Counted from the first letter of the stretch, positions 53,510 to 63,600 are shown. The stretch is 64,000 nucleotides of DNA from Octopus sinensis (GCF_006345805.1 NC_042997.1:21328001-21392000), one strand, 5' to 3'. Notes: generated by a model from the letters alone, not told the origin. Numbers and translations are program-made.

Positions 53510-54459
53510 TTAGGCCAGTTTTGTTTGAGGATCTCTTTCTCAATTTGTTTCCAGTTTGCCTTATGGTAGTTCAAGCTGGAAAGATTTTGAGGGTTTCTTG
53601 TAGGCTGCATGTCCGTGCTCTCTTTTGGCCCGTACATGGTCAGCTCTATCATGTTGTGATCCGAGAGTAGTGTCGGTGTCACTTTCACATTATGGATGAG
53701 ATCCATGTCATTTGTGAAGCAGAGATCCAGTGTGTTACCTGCCCTGGTTGGTTGGAGTATTACCTGCTCCATGTACAGGGTGTTGATGAGGTTCAGGAGG
53801 GACCTCGCCTGTCCTCGTTCACATCTTGTCATTCCTGGGAGAGAAAGGCCCTCGGGCCATCTGACATTGGGCAGATTGAAGTCTCCCATAAGAAGCACAC
53901 CTATGTGTTGTTCTAATGTGGTTAGAATTTCTTCTATTTTTATAAGGCAGTCTTCAAACTTGCCCACATGGCTTGGGGCATCTGGAGGGCGATATGTAGC
54001 ACACACAACTACATCAAGTTGCCTAATATGTACAATTAGTGTGTCACACACCGAGTTTGAGTATGACAAGAGGACCTGGGGTGTGAGGTCCTCACGGATG
54101 TACATAGCAACACCTCCATGACTCCTTTCTTTCCTGTCGGTCCGTAGTACAGCATACTGTGGTATGTGTAACTCCGCATCTGCTATGTCCGGTTTCAGGT
54201 GCGTTTCTGTAAGTGCTATGCATAAGGCTTGATTGCATGCAACAAAGTCTCTCAGGAACGGGATCTTTGTCCTGTTACTGAGTGTTTGCAGTCCTCTGAT
54301 GTTCAGTAGGAGTATCGAGGTGAGGTGTACGTTGTTGCCGGCGGTGTCCATCCTGTGTCTGTTTGCTGTGGTGGTCTGGTATATAGTGGGTAGTCCCACC
54401 TGCGGGCTTGGGTTTGATGAAGCCAGGTCAGCTGCTGTACAATCTTTTGTGCCATGCAC
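53374..54459 (-). CDS. LINE ORF2 apurinic-like endonuclease part
   Basis: LLNIRGL, ALTETHL, DRKERSHGGVA, YRPP, MGDFNLP, TLDLCF, SDHN motifs. Likely start is the ATG at 54351; frameshift near 53420. Confidence 0.93.
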   Translation of the reverse strand: MHGTKDCTAADLASSNPSPQVGLPTIYQTTTANRHRMDTAGNNVHLTSILLLNIRGLQTLSNRTKIPFLRDFVACNQALCIALTETHLKPDIADAELHIPQYAVLRTDRKERSHGGVAMYIREDLTPQVLLSYSNSVCDTLIVHIRQLDVVVCATYRPPDAPSHVGKFEDCLIKIEEILTTLEQHIGVLLMGDFNLPNVRWPEGLSLPGMTRCERGQARSLLNLINTLYMEQVILQPTRAGNTLDLCFTNDMDLIHNVKVTPTLLSDHNMIELTMYGPKESTDMQPTRNPQNLSSLNYHKANWKQIEKEILKQNWPKCLSSPDIDVKLQQFMSVMQAICYKCVPERRPLYTRTKSPERGKF

Positions 54460-55211
54460 AAAAAAGATTGTTGCTCAGCAGCTGCTCTTTCGACAACATC
54501 ATGTTGGCTGTTTGTGGCGCGCACAACATCTGCGTACCTCCGCTTTGGGGCAGGTGGTGCGTGGTCCATCCCTTTTCTTTGTGTTGATGGTTTGTCCATC
54601 TGCCTCGTGTCTCTGTGGCAGGGTCCCCGATGTGCAAAGCGGCAGCCTGCACCTTCCTTTCCATGCCAGCAGGAACCTCTCAGGTAGAACATACACACCC
54701 GTGTGCGCTGTTTGGTTCCATCCTTTGCGGTTCCACTTCTATTTCTGGTTGTTTCACACTTTGGTCCTGCTTGAGCTTTTTCTTTTCCTTTAGCTCTTCC
54801 AGTCCTTCTTTTAGTTCTTCCTCCCTCTACCTCTTCACCGGGTTCTCTGTCTCCATGGCCCTTGCTGCCGGTTGGAGAACTTGCACCTGGGTTCACTTCC
54901 CGGGCAGGTTTCTCATTCAAAACCTCCTCCCGGGCGTCCACCAGGTGGGGGTGACTTCTTTCATCGTCTCCATTCTTGCCATCTTTGCTCCGCTCGTTCT
55001 CAAAGATGGCATCAAGTGCGCCAATGTGCGACCGTACAAGCGCATATGAGCGCACGAATTCCTGTCTCTTTCGCTCCATCTGAGCCGCTGTCCTCTTGTA
55101 GCCTCTGCTCTTCAGCGCAGCCGCAATCACCTCCCTAGGGCTATCTCCGCCGGCGCACTCCCATGCTCGTACGAATAAATCCAGCTCGTCACGTCTCCAT
55201 GCTCTGGACAT
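54303..55211 (-). CDS. LINE ORF1 with Myb/SANT-like N-terminus and CCCH zinc finger
   Basis: 302 aa uninterrupted; W..DELDLFVRAW...IAAAL..RGY.RT..Q...K pattern; C-x7-C-x8-C-x3-H (CMFYLRGSCWHGKEGAGCRFAH). Confidence 0.85.
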   Translation of the reverse strand: MSRAWRRDELDLFVRAWECAGGDSPREVIAAALKSRGYKRTAAQMERKRQEFVRSYALVRSHIGALDAIFENERSKDGKNGDDERSHPHLVDAREEVLNEKPAREVNPGASSPTGSKGHGDREPGEEVEGGRTKRRTGRAKGKEKAQAGPKCETTRNRSGTAKDGTKQRTRVCMFYLRGSCWHGKEGAGCRFAHRGPCHRDTRQMDKPSTQRKGMDHAPPAPKRRYADVVRATNSQHDVVERAAAEQQSFLCMAQKIVQQLTWLHQTQARRWDYPLYTRPPQQTDTGWTPPATTYTSPRYSY

Positions 55212-55272
55212 GCTGGATAATCCGTCTATCCGTTTATCTATCTAATTATGTTCGAGAGAAGACAGGAAGATA

Positions 55273-56400
55273 TTAAGGCTAATTAGAAGATAGAGTACTT
55301 GAAAAAGAAATATTAACAATATTAAAGTTTGTGTAAAAACGTTATTTGGGTAAAAACGTTATTTAATCTTAAGGCTAATTAGGGGATAGAGTATCTGAAA
55401 ATGTATTAGCAATATTAATATTATATTAGAGTGTGGATAAAAACGTTGTTTAATCTTAAGGCTAATTAGGAGATAGAGTATCTGAAAATATATTAGCAAT
55501 ATTAATATTATATTAGAGTGCGGGTAAAAAAAAAAAAAAAAAAAAAAACGTTATTTAATCTTAAGGCTAATTTGGAGATAGAGTATCTGAAAATATATTA
55601 GCAATATTAATATTATATTAGAGTGTGGGTAATATTAAACGTTATTTAATTTAATCTTAAGGCTAATTAGAAGACAGAGTATCTGAAAAATTATATATAC
55701 AATATTAAGCAATATTAACCGTTATTTAATTTAATCTTAAGGCTAATTAGAAGATAGAGTATCTGAAAATATATTAGCAATATTAATATTATATTAGAGT
55801 GTGGATAAAAACGTTATTTAATCTGAAGGCTAATCAGGAGATAAAGTATCTGAAAATATATTAGCAATGTTAATATTATATTAGAGTGTGGGTAATATTA
55901 AACGTTATTTAATTTAATCTTAAGGCTAATTAGAAGATAGAGTATCTGAAGAATTATTAACAATATTAAAACAATATTAAACGTTATTTAATTTAATCTT
56001 AAGGCTAATTAACAGTAATTATTAACAATATTAAACAATGTTAAACGTTATTTAATTTAATCCTAAGGCTAATTAACAATAATTATTAACAATATTAAAC
56101 GTTATTTAATTTAATCCTAAGGCTAATTAGACGTTTTTAATATTAAACGTTATTTAATTTAATCTTAAGGCTAATTAGAAGATAGAGTATCTGAAAAATT
56201 ATTAACAATATTAAAACAATATTAAACGTTATTTAATTTAATCTTAAGGCTAATTAACAATAATTATTAACAATATTAAACAATATTAAACGTTATTTAA
56301 TTTAATCCTAAGGCTAATTTGACGGTATCAATATTAAACGTTATCTAATTTAATCTTAAGGCTAATTAGAAGATAGAGTATCTGGAAAATTATTATATCG
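55273..56400. repeat. Modular tandem array, about 15 units of 48-104 bp
   Basis: Core aaacgttatttaat(ttaat)cttaaggctaatta recurs with a few reused spacer types. Confidence 0.95.
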
Positions 56401-56668
56401 AGAACAGATATTGAAAATGTAAACAAACAAAATGACGATCGCAACTTTAACTAAGATGTGGGCCTAAGTGAAAGATAAAATAGAATAATAAATAAAATAT
56501 GTAATAGATGAAATTGATACTTAATCCAACAATGTGGTCTGGATTATTTTTTTTGGTTTACGGGATTTTTTTTTTTTCAGGAGAGATGCTTCTTTTTTCT
56601 TTCTTGCAGGAGATAAATTGATTCAGTTATTTTTGCACCATGTGCGTTTCGGCGATAATGATATATAT

Positions 56669-56723
<55 letters not shown>

Positions 56724-56726
<3 letters not shown>

Positions 56727-57040
56727 TAAATTAGAGATAAAACCATCAAACAATGAAAAACTTATGCCAATACATAAAATTAATTAATTTATATTATTTT
56801 AAATATATATCAAAAGTATCATTATCTTTTATTAAACTTTTAATACTTTTGATATATATTTAAAATAATATAAATTAATTAATTTTATGTATTGGCTTAA
56901 GTTTTTCATTGTTTGATTTGCCTAATAGTGGTTTTATCTCTAATCTAATATAATATAATATTTTACTATAAAATTGGATTCAATCCTAAATCTGATTTTT
57001 CCCTGTAAGTTTGGATTTATTCCCTAATATTTATTATATA
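56724..57040. repeat. Palindromic interspersed repeat
   Basis: Arms 56746-56819 and 56843-56916 (74 bp, 1 mismatch) plus outer 22-bp arms; diverged relative at 63385-63600. Confidence 0.9.
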
Positions 57041-57442
57041 TATATATGGATGTGCATATGCTTTCGTGACTAGCATTCATCTTATCACAAACTTAGTGTT
57101 TAGATTCCGTATAAAGAAATTCATATATTTCGTTTATATTATATATCTGGCAAATAAATTTACTCCGTTTTATTTCTACAGAATTTGCTGACATTGCGAC
57201 TGTTTTGTGTCAACTATTTCGAAAACTATCGATTGTAGCACAATTGGCAAATTATTTAACTTTGAATTGAAATATTGATTTCTTTCGTATCTAACAGTTC
57301 AAATTTTAAGTTTTGAAATGGATAAAACCAGCAGAACGTTATTTGAATGGACACGAAAACTTTAGGAGAAGATTCATTTATTGAATCACATTCAAGTATT
57401 AAATTAAATACTTTAGAGCCCAAAATTCTATTTTATTTCAAC

Positions 57443-57503
<61 letters not shown>

Positions 57504-57599
57504 AATAGTCTATTTATAAACCAACGTAAAGTATCACGAGGTATGACTGCACGAGCACTCGGTGCCCTACGAGATTACGTCTTCTTTGAAGATCGACAT

Positions 57600-60200
57600 A
57601 GCTGAATGTATATTTCATTTAGATGACGTTGAGTAAGTCCTGTTTTTGACTTTCAGTCTGAATCCTCCATCAGTGTCAGAAAGGTTTTATCTCTATCAAA
57701 TGCAGAGAATTCTGAGGTCGAAATTCTCTTTATTCGGCTCTAATATTCTTTAGTGACACTTGTTTTATTTCAGGTGCCATTGTAAGATATATTTTCATCC
57801 ACCCCGAAATACCTGTAACATCCTTCGTCAGATACAAGGGAAACTGTAACATCATTGACGGAGATGTTACTAGTACGGATTATAGTTTTCCCCTTTTCAC
57901 AATCATATAACAACGTTTATCCTGACCAATATCCAACCCTACATCCTAAGAGAATGTAGTAACTAGGTAAAGGTCCTTTTTCATGTCATACATATTTTTT
58001 GCATAAAGTTTTAAGTCATCCACAAAGAAACTGTGTAATTTTGGTATTTCTGTTTCCTTGAAACAGTGAGATATCCTTCAGACTTCCTTAACATGAATGA
58101 CAAGGGGTTTACAGAAAGTATAAACATCACAGATAGAGGCTGTCTCCTTGGAATATATCTTTGTGATATGGTATTCTATCGGTGATAATACAGTCACTTT
58201 CTCTTTAATTTCAAGATGGTGCCCACGATGAAGTCAGGTCAGCTATGGCTTTCACTGTAACTTTATGAAGTTGAAGGGCTTCTAGCAAAGGCTTTCTTAT
58301 AGTCTATCCACATTGAAACTAGGTTTCTTCTATGCTCTCGCACCTCTGACATCACAGTTTTGTTTATTAACAATTGCTCGGCACATCCCCAGACTCCCTT
58401 TTCCCCAGCTGCTTGCTCTGCAGTGATAATGTTATTGGTTTCACAATAGACCTGGAGGAAGAGCTTTAAACGTGCTGCATATATCTTAAACATTAAGTTC
58501 TGGTATGAAATTGGCCGGTAGTTTGTTGCCACGTGGGTGGTTCCGCAGTTAGGGATCAATTTTGTCTCTGCCAGAGCCAACAGTGTGGTATGCTACTGTT
58601 CCCAATGAAATCTTGCTGGTACAGATTGATAAGATATAGTCGGTAGAATGTTAGCTTCTTGTATCCATAGCCAACGATCAAGTCTCTACCAGGAACTTTT
58701 CCATCCTGGAGTTTCTGGATCACAATTGCAAGTGTTTCATCATCAATGTTGTATGTCTTGAATGTAATCCAGGAGCAATAACTTTTTCGGATTTCTTCCA
58801 GCCACAGAGCATCTTGGTTAAATTCCTCTCCAGATTTTCCTTCAGAAGGTGTCTATATCTTTTTGTGAAGGCGCTTCCATGATATTTACTGCTCCGCCTC
58901 TCATGTCTCTGTATACTGCTACCTGATTATGGTTAAAGTTTTTGTTTATTGTTCATCTCTCGGTTATTCTCTTCTGATGTCGGAGTTTTTCACTGACAGC
59001 TTTTAGCTCCTGCTTGAGGGTAATCAATTTGCAAGTGAGTACCCTCTTTTTGCTGTCTCCTTCTTTTCTTTCTGTTTGTGGGACGTATGGTGATTTGCTT
59101 GTTTGTAAGCAATAAGCATCATTACATGACTGATGGCTTTCCGTAAACCAGTTATCTTTTTCTTTGTCTTCAAAACCCATGATGGTACTTTCTTTGCTAT
59201 TTCGATTTTGTTTACTTTGTGAATATCATTCATGTACTATTTTACAGTAGTAGCCAGCGCATATAGACAGGCGTTAATCTGCCAGTATGTGGGTTCATGA
59301 CACTATTCCAAATACTCATCACCAATTTCGTTAACAACTTTTAATACGGTATCTGATGTTTTTATTTACTTACTTTGGTAGAGAATTCTCTCTCCTCGAA
59401 AGAGAGCTTCAAAAACAAAGTTATTTTTTTCTCAGAAAATTTCCGTAACGCATATAATCCTGACTACCACTACTACTACAATAATCGTTGCGGTCCTGCC
59501 TACTATTTACCATAGTCGTAGTAGGGGGACAGTGGTCAATTACGTGAGCCAGTAATGTAGTTTGGCTGGCAGGCACTATGGAGTCTGTTGCAATGTCGCT
59601 AGCTGCGAAAACACGTGGTAGTCTTATGTCATTCACGTTTTCCATTTTGCTTATAGAATTGGGAAGAAGGTTAATTTTCTCTCTTTTAATAAAGTTACGT
59701 TACTAACCTTCTTTCTATGTTCTACAAATGTTGCTTGTTGGCATGGTTGCTTCGCAGTAAAATGATTTAATTCTGAATGCAGATCGTCCCAATATAATTT
59801 CAGTCGATTCATATAGCCAACAGCGGGGTTTTGTCTCGGTTTTTCGTAGCAGATAAATAGATCATTATTCAATTCATAACTCCTAGAGAAATGAGTTTTG
59901 TAGTTACGGTTTTTGTTATAACTACAGCTAGAAGGAATTGGTTTACCTGTTGAGCTATTGTTTTTTGTTCTGTTCCTCGATTGTGTTGTTATTGACGCTG
60001 TGCCCGGCCATTTTGTTTGTTGTGACTCTCTGCATGCTAAATTCAAGTTTCAGTCGAAAATCACTACGATCGTGAATAAAAGGTTCCCTCAGTTAATTCA
60101 TCTGAAGGTTAACCAGTTATTTAAAAACGTTGATAGTTGTGGCTCCAAAGTTGGAGATAGTAGTCAGCATATTTTCGATAAATAGTCTCCCACGCCAAAT
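57600..60200 (-). mobile_element. Decayed R4/Dong-clade non-LTR element (5' region and RT)
   Basis: GYMNRLKLYWD N-terminal motif, NYRPIS, GCAEQLLINK, WIDYKKAF, GIFQGDSL, FFVDDLKLY, YRYFG; many indels; 3' end absent. Confidence 0.88.
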
Positions 60201-60819
60201 ACGCAACTTGTCGCTTAGAGTATAATGTATGTATGTATGTATGTATGTATGTATGGATACATGGATGGATGTATATTCCGTCACGAGTATTAGTACCACG
60301 TTGTGTTACTGATATTCAAAATTCCTGTTTCTAAAGTCATCTGATATCAACTGATATCATTATTGAACATACTGTTCATATAACCAGGTGAATTATGCAA
60401 CTTTCCAAATATTTTACACTCTATTATCTTACTAAAGCAATTTATTTCATTTTCTCCCTGGCTTGATGTATTCCATATGCCAGTATCACCCATATAACAG
60501 TGATTTGTAACCTTTTTCATTTAAGGATAACTATTGGTTTCATTGGTAAAAGGACGTTATGTAAGTTCATGCCACTAAATATATATTCCATTGTATTCTC
60601 ATAATATTTGATATTCTCCTTCCTATTGTTATGCAATGTGCTCTACTTATTCGATAATCATTGTATACAGCGATTTCACTGTTTTCTTTTTCCTTATCGG
60701 ATAAGTACGCGCATCAACGTTTGATTTCTAAATGAGCTAGTCGAAAGAAGTTGGCTTACAATTTATAAATTTGGGCCAGAATGAAATAAATTCACTTCTC
60801 AAATATAAGTATATTCTAT

Positions 60820-61375
60820 TATTTGTTCAGTCATTTGACTGCGACCATGCTGGAGCACCGCCTTGAGTCGAATAAATCGACCCTGGGACTTATTCTATGT
60901 AAGCCTAGTACTTATTCTATCGGTTGTCAAGCGATGTTGGGGGGACACATACAGACATACAAGCATATATATATATATATATACTCATATATACAACGGG
61001 CTTCTTTCAGTTTCCGTCGACCAAATCCACTCACAAGGCTTTGGTCGGCCCGAGGCTATAGTAGAAGACACTTGCCCAAGGTGCCACGCAGTGGGACGGA
61101 AGCCGGAACCATGTGGTCGGTAAGCAAGCTACATTTTATCTTATATTTTAATTTTTTTTTTAATTTATTGCCTACAAGTGGCTAAACATAGAGGGGACAG
61201 ACAAAGGGATTAAGTCGATTACATCGACCCCAGTGCATAACTGCTACTTAATTTATCGATGAAAGGCAAAGACGACCTCGGTGGAATTTGAACTCAGAAC
61301 GTAGCGGCAGACAAATTTTAGCTCGGTGTGCTAGCGTTTCTGCCAGCTACTTACCACACAGCGACTCCTGCGCCT
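60820..61375 (-). mobile_element. Full-length SINE interrupted by a nested SINE
   Basis: Family of 46849-47245; the head resumes at 61345 after the insertion. Confidence 0.88.
61133..61350 (-). mobile_element. Nested Nin-like SINE
   Basis: Matches 10448-10662; flanked by the direct repeat agctac at 61127-61132 and 61345-61350. Confidence 0.82.
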
Positions 61376-61379
61376 ATAT

Positions 61380-61550
61380 TTGACATTATTTATATTATTT
61401 GCATTTGTCGAGTATTTGTCCTCACCTTTTTTGTTGTTAACACAATGTTTCGGCTGATATACCCTCCAGCCTTCATCAGGAAATTTCGAACCTGGGTTCT
61501 CATTCCTACGGTGTTTTTCTATATTGTTGTTGTTATTATTATTATTATTA

Positions 61551-61613
<63 letters not shown>

Positions 61614-61716
61614 TCACTGTCTGGAATTGAACTCGGAATCTTGGGGGATAGTAGCCTGCGCTCTTAACCACTACGCCATCGGCCCACGGGCATATGGCGT
61701 AGTGGTTAAGAGCGCC
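61380..61716 (-). mobile_element. tRNA-headed element with (AAT)n linker and decayed hammerhead core
   Basis: Minus strand: A box TGGCGTAGTGG, B box GAGTTCAATTC, (AAT)n, then CTGATGA-A-GGCTG-loop-CAGCC-GAAAC; head duplicated in inverted orientation. Confidence 0.7.
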
Positions 61717-61776
61717 ATAGTAGAGAGAAATGAGAAAAAGCAGAGTCTGAAGTGAATATACTTCACTGAAGATATA

Positions 61777-61914
61777 TATGTTTACAAAGCCTAGACAAGT
61801 ACCTTCAGCTAGCAGGCCGTTGCTACTCCAGACTGATGACGAGCAAGACTCAGAAACATGTCTCTGGGAGCAGGCCTAGCTGTTGAGGATGCTTGTCTCC
61901 TCTTTGTAAATATA
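61777..61914 (+). ncRNA. Minimal type I hammerhead ribozyme motif at the tip of a long rod
   Basis: ccaga-CTGATGA-cGAG caaga CTCa-GAAA-C-AT-GTC-tctgg; palindromic stem III ACATGT; six further helices close stem I. Confidence 0.75.
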
Positions 61915-62082
61915 AGGACACAGGAAATGTGTCAAAGCCAACGGGAAGCGTTGATGCTTCCTAGGGCTAAATAGCGGTGGTGTGATTCCGTTTATGGGAC
62001 TGTCACGTTAAGTTGACAGTATACAACTGCTCTATCGTTCCACCACTGCTTATATCTCTCTGAGATATTTAGAAATTTAACA

Positions 62083-62103
62083 TATATATATATATATATA
62101 TAC

Positions 62104-62138
<35 letters not shown>

Positions 62139-62166
62139 TGTATGTATGTATGTATGTGTGTGTATA

Positions 62167-62215
<49 letters not shown>

Positions 62216-62275
62216 GCGTGTGTGTGTGCGTATGTCTGTGTGTTAGTGTATGTATATATATATATATATATAAAT
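62083..62275. repeat. Compound TA/TATG/TG microsatellite
   Basis: Direct reading. Confidence 0.95.
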
Positions 62276-63248
62276 TGGCATTATTTTAGATTGGTCCTGT
62301 TGGTGTAGACAACTCTACACCATTTGAGGCTATTCATCACGTTTTTTAAACTAAGGAGAAGTAATCGAAATTTGACCTGTTTATATATCCACTACATAGA
62401 TTATATATATTGTTATCCTTCTATATGCGTGTGTGTATATAAACACAACAGGATAGGCAGATAGTTACGCAATTGGACATATAGATGAATGGAAAGGCAG
62501 ATGCTTTGAAAAATATCATTTTAAGAATATATCTGAAACCATATCAAACCACAGTATTGCTTATATACTGAAAGATTGCTATGCCATATGAACTGTTATG
62601 TTCAACTCTGACGCCATCCTCCTTATGAAAAAGAATGATTCCTAACTCGATTTTGAAATGATAACAGTTAGAAATTCACATGTTGTTCACTAATATAAAA
62701 ACCTAAAAATGAATATTTCAACCCAAAGTAATAATCATTCATATTTTCATGTTTTCTTTTTAAAATTTCAGTTCGGCACTCTGTGACATTTTAACTCGAT
62801 AAATCAATATAATTAATATAAATCCCATATAATCTATTTTTGGTTATTTGGACTATTTTACAAAACAACAACGTACCGTTAAGTATAGTAGAGAAATTTG
62901 GTGCAATGTCACTGATTATGAATGAAAGCAAGTACTTTTCGTGAAATAGATTCAATCTGAAATAAAATTCATATACAGAGACAGATATATAAATATCTTA
63001 GAAGGAAAAGTTGATGCTGAAGGCGAAAGTATTTTCATGATATCATCAATGTTCAGGAAACCAATATTTAGAAAGAATTTCTCATGGTAATCTTCGTTTC
63101 ATTGTTTGAGATATACTGGTGACATAGTTGCAAGCTTCATCTTCGTAATCTCATTTCTCTTATCAATAAATATATACAAGACATATATCTTCTCTTTCTT
63201 GCTCTACATCCTCGTATACATACATACATATATACATACATACATACA

Positions 63249-63281
<33 letters not shown>

Positions 63282-63302
63282 GTATATATATACATATATA
63301 TG

Positions 63303-63373
<71 letters not shown>

Positions 63374-63384
63374 TAATAATAATA

Positions 63385-63600
63385 ATATTAAGGAGTATAA
63401 TTCTAAACTTACAGGGAAAAATTCAATTTAGTATTAAATCACACTTCACAATATAAATATATAATATAGATAAATTAGAGATAAGGCACTATCATGCAAT
63501 TCAAGCAATGATAGACATAAACCAAATCATAAAGAAAAACTAAAATATATTATAAAACATATAACTAGATCAAAAAAAGTACAAAAATGAATAAAAAATA
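63385..63600 (+). repeat. Diverged copy of the 56724-57040 repeat
   Basis: aaacttacagggaaaa...aaattagagataa..cacta..a.gcaa.tcaa.caatga aligns with the reverse complement of 56843-57040; follows a (TA)n tract. Confidence 0.7.

Larger units (their letters stand above)
51268..56450 (-). mobile_element. Near-intact full-length CR1/L2-group LINE
   Basis: ORF1 plus APE plus RT, short 3' UTR ending in (AATC)n at 51268-51287, long repeat-rich region 5' of ORF1. The 5' boundary is approximate. Confidence 0.93.

Noticed and set aside
52370-55249. Plus-strand ORFs overlapping the LINE
   Set aside because: Antisense shadows of GC-rich coding sequence.
55273-56400. CRISPR array
   Set aside because: Spacers are reused and vary from about 15 to 70 bp, the context is eukaryotic and there are no cas genes; it is a tandem array.
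61615-61680. Functional tRNA gene
   Set aside because: A and B boxes are present but there is no complete acceptor stem or terminator; it is an element head.
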